Positions 1-11,584 of a stretch of 64,000 bases of DNA are shown in pieces (within the stretch, counting starts at the first letter, position 1; each line of letters begins with the position of its first letter). The DNA is from Euprymna scolopes (lineage: Eukaryota). The stretch lies in the NCBI GenBank assembly GCA_053919585.1, contig CM132792.1. The stretch is one strand, 5' to 3'. Below the pieces are notes generated by a model, which worked only from the letters and a program-made list of their open reading frames with translations, made no database searches and had not been told where the DNA came from. Both the position numbers and the translations under genes were made by a program.

Positions 1-473
1 CAATTGCTAAACTGACATATATCTGCATGAAAATGATGAGAAATTAATGAGCAATCAGAGAAGGAAAAATTGTTGACTAGTTCAATTGTAAATATTGATA
101 AAACTTTTTTTTTTTTTAGAAAAGAACACTGTGTTATAAACTGTCTAGATTAAGATGAGTTCTTTTTCTACTGATTATCTAAACGGCCTCAATATTAAGA
201 TATTAGTAATGCTTGTAATGAGATAAGCTGTTTAAATGGTTCAGTTTTTGTGAACATTTTTACTCCTGAATGACTAATACTTGCAGAAAATAGATATGAT
301 TGTCTTAATTTTAACACTTTTAGAACTGCAAGCTTTGTTGAGTTAACATTCTTTTATTCAAGAATATTTTTTGTATAAGTTATTTGGCGTCTATTTGGAC
401 TAATTTATCATTCTTTGCAAAACTTTAAACTTACAAATCTCAGTGTCTTGTACTCTAACTACTGCATCACAAG

Positions 474-787
474 TCCCTGTGCAATGGTTAGAGTACTTGT
501 AAAAATTCAATTGTAAAAGTGATCTTCTTCTGGAGGTTGAATCAATGTTCAATCCTCAGTGTGGGCAACCGAAAACACAATTGCAAATTACTTAGCACCT
601 TTATTCAGTCATCGCTGACAGAATGAGAGTAAGCTACCACCTGTCAATTAAATAAAGTGTTCCCTTCAAAATTCTGTGCAGATTCCCGAGTTTGGCAAGA
701 TACACCTGAAGAAGGTCAGAGGTTACCTTGACTGAAACGAAAAAATGACACTCCAGTAGAGTAGTCTGAAAAATCCAAATAATACAT
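474..787 (+). mobile_element. tRNA-headed short element ending in a Penelope-type terminal repeat with minimal hammerhead motif
   Basis: A-box-like TGTGCAATGG (478-487) and B-box-like TGTTCAATCC (546-555). The 3' part CAAGATACAC-CTGAAGA-AGGTCAGAGGTTACCTTGACT-GAAAC (696-738) matches the Penelope-associated ends at 1940-2035 and 2943-3040. Confidence 0.65.
703..741 (+). ncRNA. Degenerate minimal hammerhead ribozyme motif
   Basis: CTGAAGA (706-712), stem II GTCA-GAGG/CCT-TGAC, GAAAC (734-738). The cleavage triplet is decayed. Confidence 0.5.
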
Positions 788-1976
788 TTTTTTTTTTTTT
801 TTTCAAATAATAGATTAAAAAAAATTAATATGGAGAATCTATGCAATTTTGATAATACGATCCAAACTAAAACTGCCAAAGGAGGTCACCTTGGAAATAT
901 GGTACCAGAAGAGTAATAACTTGCACATTAGCTCAATTTTTATGAATACAACTTATTTAGCCAAGATGACACTGTCTTGAGCAACTCTACTTTTAGTAAG
1001 TTATAAAAGAATTGGTTTTGTTCTGTTAAAAGGTCTTTCTTTGCAATGCTGTTTAAATTAAATTTTACAGTGACTTATTTCTGATACTATGTATTGCTTC
1101 GCATTTTGATAGACCTCCCCCTTTTCTTTTTCTTAACGTTGGCAAGAATACTATGACTTTGTCAAGTAAGATTATCTTTATATTTTATTAATACTGTAGG
1201 AAGAAGGGAGGCTAAGAAACTGACTCCTTCAACAATTTCTTCCTCTGAATCCACATCAGAGCCTATCAAATGACAATAAACAAAAATAGACTACTCCAAT
1301 TCTAACTCCCCCATTTGATGAATTTTCCAAAGAAAACTGTTGGTTTGAAGAATACATTGGATCATTTGTCTCTTGGTGGTGAATTTTGACACTTATTCAG
1401 CAGTAATAGAAATGAGGTTGTCTTAATTATCAAAGTCTTTCAAAAGATTCAAGTTAAGCTTTATCATCATTGAGATATTGTCGGTAATGGATGACCTTGG
1501 TGTTTTGTAATTTTCATTCATTCTTATCTTTAGTTTGCTACCAATGTTTTTCATTTTTGGGTCTTTAAAAATATTAAATGCTTGAATTACTATAGAATAA
1601 TCAAAATAGGTTACTCTGTTATAAATTAGAATTAATTAGAATAAAAAAATTGTTTTCAAATATAATCCAATTTTCAAATTAAGGAGCATTTTAAACATGT
1701 ATTTTGTGTAATAAAATATATAAGGACAATCCCTAAGGAAATAAGGTTTGTTTAATTCACATTTAGTATAAAATATATACTACTAATAAATCTCTAAAGA
1801 TCTTGTTATCTGGCTTGTTTATTTGTCCCCATGCATACTGAATGGCATCATTATTTTATGTCATCCATTAAAACAGATGGGGGACAATTATACACGGTGT
1901 ATAATGTAACAGAATTCTGTTATCTATCCTCAGTCTTTATATCAACACAAAGACCACTGTTCTTGAGTGTCATTGT

Positions 1977-2018
1977 CGCAACGTTTCAGTCGATGTAACC
2001 TCCGACCTTCTTCAGGTG
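1977..2018 (-). ncRNA. Minimal Penelope-type hammerhead ribozyme motif
   Basis: Minus strand reads CAC-CTGAAGA-A-GGTCGG-aggttaca-TCGACT-GAAACGTT-GCG: core boxes, 6 bp stem II and palindromic AACGTT in place of stem III. Confidence 0.65.
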
Positions 2019-2059
2019 TACCTTGTTGAACTTGGAAATGTTTCTGTCGAACTCCACAG

Positions 2060-2424
2060 ACAAATTTATCTTTAGTTGACCTTTGACAACTAAATATTTT
2101 TGCTTACTAGCCAAATAGAAAAGTTACTAGCCAAATCCACATGATTTTTGGAATATGACATCTTTGTTCTGTGACGAGTACGTACATCATAAAAATCTTC
2201 ATTATTTTTATTTAAATAAGTGTATATTGTTCTATTAAACCTGTTATTGTTTAAATAATTTTACTTTTCTCGTTTTATTAAAAAAAAAAAAACAAGAGTT
2301 GAAAACATTTTTCATTCAGCTTTAGAAAATTGTCGGTGAAAGGAACACAATCGTCAAAAGATAAACGTTTCATTATTTCTAGTTGCCACTTTAAAAAAAA
2401 AATCACTCGCAATGTAGAGCCCTG
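2060..2424. mobile_element. Probable DNA-transposon fragment nested in the Penelope copy
   Basis: Unrelated AT-rich block interrupting the PLE right after the NCVY codons. It ends in GTAGAGCCCTG (reverse complement CAGGGCTCTAC, hAT-like terminus); the other end was not found. Confidence 0.4.
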
Positions 2425-3089
2425 CATATACACAGTTCTCAGTCATGATTTTTTCCGTAGGGAGTCTGACTCTCACAAGCTGTTTTTGGAGAGCTGAATT
2501 GCTCCTGGGTACTGTCCTGATGTCATATGGATTATGTATTCTTTGAAATTTTTCAGACAAGCCCATCATGTATGGTATACATTCTGAATATTTCTGAATC
2601 ATGTTCTTTTGTGTCTGGTCCAGATGTCTTGGAACTAATGTTATGCTCTTTGGATAGTTTCGGTGGAGGATTTCTCTTAAACTGTCCATCTCCTCTTGAT
2701 ATACATTGCTGTTACTACATATTGCTTTGCTTGGTGTTGTAGGCAATCGACAGTTTCTTTCTTTACATTATATGGATGTTGGGAGTTTAGATACTGTCCA
2801 GTTAAAGTTTGCTTTTGGTATACAAATGACATAAACCCCTGACCAGTGTGAGCAATCAGCACATCTAGGAACGGTAATTTGTTCTTTTTTCCATTGTGAA
2901 CTGTATAGTTTGGATGGATAGAGTTCACGTGGTAATTTTTGAGTTCAACAAGATACACCTGGAGAAGCTAGGTTACATTGTGAAAATGACACTCACGGTG
3001 AGAACAGTCGTCCAATGAATCCAAATAACATGAATAACCAATCCTCATCTCAGAACTTCAGATTCTGCAAAAATGTTGGACTTTATATT

Positions 3090-4200
3090 GCCACTATGAT
3101 AGTGATACCGACTCTTGCGAAATGATCTTTTAGAGTTTTCCACACTCAATTAAAAGGCTTTGGCAAAATGGACGAATCAAGAACGACTATGAGGTTCTTG
3201 GGTTTTGCAATCTTAATTAATATGATGGTTAAAATTTGGCCAACACTTGATTTGTTTTGTCTGAAACCATTTTGATGTTTACAGAGGATTTTGTCTGCTT
3301 CAAGATGTATACGATTCAATAAAGGCAACTTGCAGATTTTAGATGCTATTGTGATGAGTGCTATCATATGATTGTTTGGTCAAAGTCTCCCTTCTTTGGA
3401 AAAAGGAGTATTGCAACCTTCTGACCAGCACTTAATAATCTGATTGATAAACTTGATTGCAAAATGTGAAAAAGTCATTATGAAACTAATGTCAGCCAGA
3501 CTTTGGTAAGAATGTTATTAAATCTACAAGCCTTTCTGTATTTTCTAGCAGCCAGTTTGTCTATGCTCTGAAAACTCCTCGTCTCATGATTATTGTTTAT
3601 GTAGTTTTTCTCCAGTTGCGGGAGTCTTGCCAAATAAGTATTCAATTATTTTTTTTTTTTTCATTCCTAATCCTCTCGGTTTGATCAATAACCTCTAATG
3701 TGGGCTTTCACTTTTTCGACCACTGATTTCATTGAATATTTTCAGTGCACCCACTGCTTGCTTATTTACAGATGCATTTGCAATATCAATTTTGGTTTGA
3801 ATGAATATCCTTTGTTCCAGGTCATATGTTTCTCTTAGGAGCAACCTAAGCATTTCGATGGAGATATGTTTTCTCTCTTCTCTTATTGTGTTTGTGTTTA
3901 TATTCTTTTTTTATTTTTTCAACTTTGTTTCTTGATTAATTCTTCAGCTTTCCAAAGAGTTTAGTGCGAGGCTTTTTGTTTTACTTGGATTATTTTACCT
4001 GCTGCCTGTGCACAAGTTTGTTCAGAGTTTATAAGCTGAATTTTTAGATGTTTTTACTATTCACACCCTGAAAAGAATGTAAACTGTAAGAGAAATCTTG
4101 AACTTGTTATGGACATCACTGTTGCACAGCAAAGACTTGTTTTCTCTGAGACAAACTGAATGGTAACAGTGATAATGCGATGGTCTGAACTCCCTGTACT
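3090..4200 (-). mobile_element. Decayed RTE-clade LINE (endonuclease end plus RT N-half)
   Basis: ORF 3146-3367 ITIASKI..LLNRI..KILCKHQNGFRQNKSSVGQILTI; SDHRII endonuclease motif near 4170-4190; many stops and frameshifts. Confidence 0.8.
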
Positions 4201-4290
4201 GAAGGAGTTGGTATTGCTATTAAATAACCCAAGAGTGCTAATTAGTCATAAAACATTTTAGATATAATATTCTATAAAACCAGTTATCTC

Positions 4291-4580
4291 TTTCCCACAG
4301 TGGGATAATCTGACACAAGGGTCGGGAAAGTGGGATTTGAAAGATCAGCACCATAGAGGAAGAGCACACTGACCTGCAAAAGATGCCTAGGCAGCCATCC
4401 TCGGCATTCCCTGATAGGGTCTCCTCAGGCGATTATAAATAAACTAACCCATTCTTAAAGGGAAAAGGCAAAGCCTGGGAGAGTGAGCCTCTTAGAACTG
4501 TACAAAACCAGAGACTTACTTTAGTCAACAGGGGAAAAAAGCCATCTGAACAATGGTCTAGGCGCTGTAGGCTTTGATTC
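4291..4580 (+). repeat. Unclassified ~280 bp interspersed repeat, copy 1
   Basis: Shares blocks such as GGCAAAGCCTGG(G/A)AG and GAAGAGCAC with 19890-20155 (inverted) and TGACACAAG/GGCAAAGCCTGG with 42355-42565. Confidence 0.7.
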
Positions 4581-5909
4581 AATGAGAGACATCATGCACA
4601 GGTTTTCCAACTTGTGAAGCACGATTTAAATTGTTGAAATAGAGGTTTATATTGTGCTGTCATAATAGATCTTCCCCTTCTTTTAGTTATTTACATCATC
4701 CCATTAATGTTATCACTTCAGCTGATGTACATTTAGTGACAAACAACAGCAGAAGCTTGTTCTAAAGGAGTTGGTATTTTTATTAAAAAAATCCAAGAGT
4801 GTTGATTTGACATAAAATAGACCATGCAATGAAAATGTTTTCAAAAGGTGCGCAACTTGTGATGCAGGATTCAAATGAGTTCAATCACACATTACTCAAA
4901 TTCAAGACGACATTTGTCACAAATTAGTATTTATATTTTGTCTTTTACACACCAATCTGAATACATGAAGAAATTTTAATAGAACCAGAAATTCAATGTT
5001 ATTGATTAATTTTAATGAGTTTTCATGTATTCATTTGCACTAAAGTTGATCATGAATGGATTTAAAAGAAGAAAATGTATATTAAAACTATCAATATTGT
5101 TTTGATGAAATAAATCCATTTGGCAACCCTCCATCTGTCTCTGAGGGTTAAACTAGTGATCAGCTTTCTACTATGAATAACCGGAATAATCATGGCAATG
5201 TACAAAACCTGTCCATTTGTCATCATTTGAATTCATGCCAAGGTCAAACCTCTAAAGCTTATTCAATGAATAATTGCAGTAGTTTAAAACACACAATCAT
5301 ATGGATTTAATACTTATATATCAAAGTTTATTTTTCTTTGAAAAGTTGGATTCCTTTTATTAACTAGCAGGACCTGTTTCTCGGCATTGCCTGAGGATAT
5401 ATAAAAGAATGTTAAGAAAAATCTTTTTAGATATCCTTTTTAATTGTCAAGTACCTGTGTACCTGTGTTGTCTGTTGAAATATGGCATAAAGCCAGAACA
5501 GATTCGGTAAGAGAATCTGCCTCTCTCCCCCAAAGTAAACTAGGGTTATCTGGTGCATCATCAGATGTGAATCATGTAAAATAGTGAGAATTGATGTTTG
5601 GGTACATCCTGAAATCAAAAACACATAAAGGAAACTGTCTACCTTTTAACATAAAACTATACTGCTCATAGACACAGATCAAAAGTGTTGACATTATTTA
5701 CTCTAATAACATTTAATATGTCGTTTAGATCTCTCTCGAAATAATGTATTAGCAAAATACATTTAGGTTTCTGTAGTCTCTTTCACTAAAATGAAGAACA
5801 ATTGTTTTGTATAATCGTGTGTGTGTACTACATATGAGTACAGAATGTGAAATTGGCTATGTTCTATTTTCATCAAGTCTGTTGCATTAACACTAATGTA
5901 CTATATATT

Positions 5910-6236
5910 TTTATTTTTTTGGAATCCATTGAGATGAGGCTTCATAATTTGTGTATTCATTCTTTTTGTGGACTATTATCCTCATCTTTAGAGTTGTTTT
6001 CACCACGTTTCAACCAACTCATTCTCTGGCGTTTTTCAGGTGATTAACCATGATAGGATAAGAATGTTGAGTTTTGTAATTGTATCCCCAGTAATTGCCT
6101 TCCATAGTTGTTGTCTCACCATATTTCAGTGAACTAATCCTCTGGTTTGCTTGGGTAGGATTGAAACCGCTATCTTCAGACAATGCTCACCTGGAACTTG
6201 AGATTCAATGCTTCTATCCACTGTGCCATGGGTCTC
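5910..6236 (-). mobile_element. tRNA-headed short element with Penelope-type HHR tail
   Basis: Minus strand: A box TGGCACAGTGG (6228-6218), B box GGTTTCAATCC (6168-6158), body, CAC-CTGAAAA..GAAACGTGGTG (about 6043-6000), then an A-rich end near 5910. Confidence 0.7.
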
Positions 6237-6325
6237 GAAGAAGGCCAGAAGATGAGTTGACTGAAACATGGTGAAACAACTATATATATGAGGATAACAG
6301 TTTGCAAAAGAATATGCACTAATAC
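6236..6325 (+). mobile_element. Inverted partial copy of the same terminal repeat at the element's 5' end
   Basis: GAAGAAGGCCAGAAGATGAGTTGACTGAAACATGGTGAAACAAC..ATGAGGATAA is the diverged reverse complement of about 5960-6040. Confidence 0.75.
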
Positions 6326-7860
6326 TGTTGGGAAACGTGTCAATCCTCATTTTTGGGTAAGATAGTAACTTGTGTTCTATGAATCATATACAACGAGTGA
6401 ATCATTTAAAATAGGAATCATTTCATGTCAAATCCACTAGAGGTCAGATCATACATATTCTTTTGGCATTAAATCCTTAACAAAATACTAACCTCTTTTT
6501 TTTTTAAAAAGAGAACAAGTGTCTCTAAGATTTGTACTTTCATTTTGAAGTGGCTATTCTGTTACATGTTTCGAAACTATATCGTTCGTGTGGTCAAACT
6601 ACGTTAGTTGAGTAAAGATTATTTTTTTTTCAAAAATTTAAAGCTTCCTTGAGCTATTTTCATTCATTTTATTTAGATGTGTCTATTTACAAGATGTCTG
6701 TAGGCGTGACAGTAGCATTTCTTTTTGTTATCTTTCTGCTTTCTACATGTCTCCTTCTCCTCTTCTAAAATGGTAATAAAATTGGAAATATTTAAATTCT
6801 ACACTGTTTTATTCTATTAAATTTTCTACTACGCTAGCACCAGACAGCTTTACTAATCATGAATATTATACAAGAAAGTGATAAAATTTTGTTCTGACAG
6901 AAAATCATATTCATTTCTTGACAGCAACATATATTCTTATCACAAATTAATCTCAAGTTTGAAAATCTAAGATAAAAAAAAATTGTATTAATTTTCACAG
7001 AATAAAATAAGTTTTTTCAAAGTACGGTTTCTTGCACCTGTCAAATGGAAATCAATATAATGCCTTAAAATCATGAAAATAAAAATGTGTTTCCATTGTA
7101 TGGATGTTTCTTTTGACACATTTGACATTGTTTTCCTGTAAATAATGTTCCAAAATCAAAACCCACATGTAAATCTTCATAAAGCAAAACTACTCATCTT
7201 TCTTTGTAAATATTGGATTTCCAATGATTTTTGAACCAATACTTATTTTTCATTGCATTAACTTTGCTATCACTCTGAAAGACTGCAATTGAATTATTTG
7301 AATGTAGATCCAGTTTGTCAGATCTGTTTAAGAAGTTGACTTGTAATTAATATATTCCTTATATTAAATCTTATTTTTGTTTTATATAAATCATCTCCTT
7401 TTTAATTAGTAGCAAAGAAATCTGGCACTGTCCGGGAGTAATAATTCAATCTTGAAAGTTGAAAATTATTTCTGTATTATATTTTTAGCTTTTTTTTTTT
7501 CCCATCTCTTTGTTCCAGTGTCCCTAATTATGAAATTATTTTAAATTGTCCTCAATTGAAATATGTTGATTAAAAAATTTACTATTACTCCAATGTTATA
7601 ATCTGGATTTAGTTATTTATAATTTCTATTGTGACGTGGCTCATACCATATGACTTCCAATTACCTAGAAATATAAAAGAAAATGTACGGAGCATGTAAA
7701 AGAATGTGCATTCTTTTAACCTGGACTTGTACCAACACTTACTATTGTAAATATTTCTTGTTTGATTACTTAAAGTAGTTATCTATATTTTCTGTCTTCT
7801 CGTTCTTTTTTGCACGATATAATTTCAGATCTGAATTTTTTAGATGAAGGTTGATTGTTT

Positions 7861-8078
7861 ATATTACTTGTATTGATCAAACTATTGTTCTTATCTTGAG
7901 GAGTTATTCGTGCAACGTTTCAGTCAGTGTAGTTTTCGTCCTTCATCAGCCAGTAACTTTTCTCCTTTTTCAAGATAACCACTAACATACCTGACGAAGG
8001 TCAAAGGCTACACCAACTGAAACATTGCACAAATAATACTCAAGATGGGAACAATAGTCTGATCAAAACAAGTAATAT
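7861..8078. mobile_element. Divergent inverted pair of Penelope terminal-repeat fragments, each with an HHR core
   Basis: Arms about 7861-7949 and 7991-8078 are diverged reverse complements. Cores CTGATGA..GAAACGTT (-) and CTGACGA..GAAACATT (+). Confidence 0.8.
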
Positions 8079-8329
8079 CATAATTTCAATTCTACTGTTC
8101 TCTAATTCTATAATGATATACTTTCAGTACACTAAAAAAGAAGAATGAAGTATTTTCTGTGATTCGAATTGTATATTTAGATTTGATCAATAAGTGTGGA
8201 TCAGTATGTTTATAACCTGAAATATTGAATTTTGATTTGAAACTTTCAATTTCTATAGTCTGAGATATTGAATTAATTCTAACTTCTTTTAGAATATTGA
8301 CAAAAGAATATTTAGAAAGAATGTTCTTA

Positions 8330-8955
8330 CATGTGCCACCGCGTCTTCTTGAGTGTCCATCTTTCAGTTGCTCAGTCGTGTTTCGTTTTTATTGCTAAGC
8401 ATGCAGATAGATGCATCTTGTTTTAGTTACATTCAAGCATCTTCATCGGAGCCTTGGTTTGTCACACTTTAGTTTAAAATGGCACATTCAGTGTACACCT
8501 TAACAAATCTCGTTGGCAATATCTTTTTCTCTTCTTTATTCCCTCTTTCTCACAGAAGAGATATTGTTTATGCTCTGTCGTTTTTTTCATGGCAGGTGCT
8601 CAGCTGAGCTTCAATCAATAGTCTTCTCTCCTGTAAATCATAACAAACACTTGTTTAGCTACAACTACTGTCAATAATTCCCCCTTCTCTCTGTCTTTTC
8701 GTAAAACTAAATGAAAATTCCATGCGCATAGTTTCTATCCTAGAATTGTCTGTGTGTGGAACATGATACTGCTGGGCTGCTTCCCAACTGACTACCACAA
8801 GGTCACTTTAAAGTCCAATGTAAAATAAGTTCTTGATCATGCCTCTTAAAACTTTAGCCATTCTACTGATCATGGTATTATCTCACCTGATTTCACCTAT
8901 CCTCGAGTGGTCTTTAGGCCTTAATAAGCAGTGACTCCCTTATAAAAGAAAAAAG
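8330..8955 (+). mobile_element. Old CR1-group LINE 3' end
   Basis: Decayed PLSHRRDIV..FFHGRCSAEL..CFP motifs resemble ORF 55144-55572. Alignable with 37970-38685; A-rich tail. Confidence 0.65.
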
Positions 8956-10794
8956 TTCATGTTCTATTGTTGAGTTTGTGCATATTCTAACAAGATTTTC
9001 AACTGATGGAATCATTTCATCTTTAGATTCTTCTGCTATATTGGACCTACTTAAAATGTTATTTTCAAGAGTGAAGAATGGATTTAACAATACGTTCGTT
9101 TTTTTAAAATAGAATTCTGATAAAATCTAATGTTACTTGATGATTCCAAAATATTTCCTGCATCAATTGATGCTGACTTCCTTCACTCCTTTATTATACT
9201 CTTTCTTCTTATAATATTTTCTTTGTAAATTTCTCTTCATCCACAGAATGAAAACCGGAATTTTTATGCATTTATCTTTTTCTTCTCTTTATTTATAGTT
9301 GCATACATCAAAAAAGAAAAAAAAGCAATCTTTGTAGTCTATTTGCAGCAAGCTTTTCAGAATTTAATTTTATCCAAAGTACATTTAAATCCATAAAATG
9401 CATGAGAATGCATTTTTTTTCATAAAAAATAATTACTAAAATATATATTCAATTATTTCAAGCCTATTTGACATTTAGATTGAAGTAGACAACATCAATA
9501 GAGGAATATTCTCTTAGAATCCAGAAAATATAAATTTAGCTTTACAAATGAAATGTATATTCTTTATTCAAAACCAGAATTATGATAAGCCAATTAAAGT
9601 TGCCATCAGCAGTTTTAAATTGGCTACCTGCATTTCAAATTGCAAGAAAATGGGGAAGAAAAAAACATTTTATGTTTACTGAATGCACAATATTCATTTT
9701 AAAAAAATTGATCTTTGTAAAAAGGTTTTATTATATTTCCTATACTTACATTTTTTTTTAGCCAAATTAATTCTCTACTCAAAATATGTTGTGTAATTTT
9801 GAAAATTGTCATTTTCATGATAATATTTAAACTGTCTATAGTTGATTTACCTATTTATGTTGTTTCTAAGTGCTAGGATCTATAGGCATTAGATCTTAAG
9901 TATATTAATAGATTGAATGCTTTAAAGCAAATCTACTTAGAAGCTTAACTGATGACTGCTGTGGAATGTGTATGATTTACAGATGGCAGTTGATGAGAAG
10001 TGTTTCAATATCGTTTATGAATGCATTAGTAATTTTCCCAGTAATTTTATCTGGATAAAAGTGTAATGTATAGTTTTGAAAAAGTGGGAGCCGAAAACAA
10101 AAAGGTTGGGGATGGTTTTTTTGTTTCCTTTCAACATTATTTATATCAAGATTATTCAGACAGCAACAATTGCTTTTTCTTTTCAATTTCCTTGAAAATT
10201 TGCTTGTGTGCTTTTCTTTTGTATTTTTATGGTCTTGAATTGCTATTTCATTTGACAAAATTCTTTATGGCTTCTGTATATTCCATGCTTACGTCAATTC
10301 CACTTACTGTCAGTACATTTTTACAGCAGCTTTAAATAACTTGGAAAATTCATTTTTTTCTGTTTTAGAAATAAACAGGAGTGGGTAAAAGTCTTTGTAA
10401 AATTTACTATTTCATTTTAATTCTTTCTATTGTTTTCTGAAAAGAAAAGAGGGAACTTTTTTTTTCTCTCCTTTTGACGGATACAAGAACTGACTGGAAA
10501 ATGATGGGCTAGCATGTAGAAAGTTCCCCAAATTCCTTGTTACTGAAGAATTATCACTTATCTGCATTGCAAATATGGAGCAAATGCACATTTTTGTAAA
10601 ATGACAACAAATAAGTGTTGCTCTTATTTATTTTTCTTGGCAAAAACAAGTTTAAGTGAATCACTTGTCATCATTTCAAACCGAATTCAATTTACTTTCT
10701 TTTTCAATAAATAAGAGTAAAAAAACATGCATCTTTCGAATTTGTATTTGCCAATTTCTTTCAATGAAAACATTTGTATGAAAACCTTTTGGCA

Positions 10795-10900
10795 GGAGGT
10801 GCTATTGGCATAATGATTGTCAGAATCGTATATGGAACTGGCAAATGGAGTTCAAATCCTGTCGGATATTTTCTGTTTCCTTATACACTAAGTGTGGAAA
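10795..10900 (+). mobile_element. tRNA-derived SINE 5' remnant
   Basis: GGAGGTGCTATTGGCATAATGATT (A box) and GAGTTCAAATCC (B box) followed by ..ACACTAA; a probably related remnant lies at about 60345-60470. Confidence 0.55.
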
Positions 10901-11076
10901 ACCAGAATTAGGGAGTTTGAACCTGTCCGACTGATAGGATTAAAAAAAAAGTTCTGACTCCGAAAGTCTCCCAATATTCAATAATAATGGTAATCGAAGC
11001 ATTCTAGTGAGTTTGATTACAAAATCCTGCAAACCTGTGAAAATGTATGAATTTTTACTTTCACCTTTATTTACAA

Positions 11077-11584
11077 CTAGTGGGGTTACCCGGCGTTGCT
11101 CGGGTGTAGAGAGGTAATGTAGTAAGGAATCCAGGGAAGGGGGGGGGTAGGAAAAAAAGTGGTAGTCTCAGGGTTCCTTGGCATTGCCTGAGTTGAATAA
11201 ACTCTGATGGGGGGGGGGGGTAAAAAAATAAATTGGTAGTAGGGGAGGGGCAAAACAACAGTAGGCAGTTTGGCTGGAGAAAGAAAGAAAAAATGTGGGA
11301 GTAAGCAGGCAGGCTTGAAACCGTAACACAAAGGAGGAAAAGAAAATGATGTCACCATCACTAAACCAAAATGGAGAGCATTAAAATTAAGCCTAGTCAA
11401 TAGGAAGAAAACAATGACATGCGAAAATATCGAAGAAAAAGCGACCCCCTATTTGTAAAAAATGGTCGAATTTAGGGTGAAGGAATTAATGTTTTTGGCC
11501 AATTTTTTGATATTTGTTGTCCGAAGGACGGAGCTTTAAAACGATACTGATTTCGTCAGGATCCGTCACCTCTTATATATTAGA
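11077..11584 (-). mobile_element. Non-autonomous Helitron
   Basis: Minus strand: A|TCTAATATATAA ... CCCGAGCAACGCCGGG hairpin, short spacer, CTAG|T; no TSD. Confidence 0.8.

Larger units (their letters stand above)
1920..3075 (-). mobile_element. 5'-truncated Penelope-like retroelement with terminal repeat at its 3' end and an inverted copy at the 5' junction
   Basis: ORFs 2677-2958 (LPFLDVLI..VYQKQTLTGQYLN..HP) and 2354-2746 (IPYMMGLSEK..NCVY) are the typical PLE RT C-terminus and linker. Terminal repeat on - at about 1940-2035; related copy on + at 2943-3075. Confidence 0.85.

Noticed and set aside
1200-1273. Possible terminal exon (RREAKKLTPSTISSSESTSEPIK*) after a TAG acceptor
   Set aside because: Short, no recognisable homology and no partner exon; needs RNA-seq.
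4201-4820. ~55 bp direct repeats at 4201 and 4765 as possible LTRs
   Set aside because: No TG..CA ends, primer-binding site or TSD; they look like independent decayed SINE tails.
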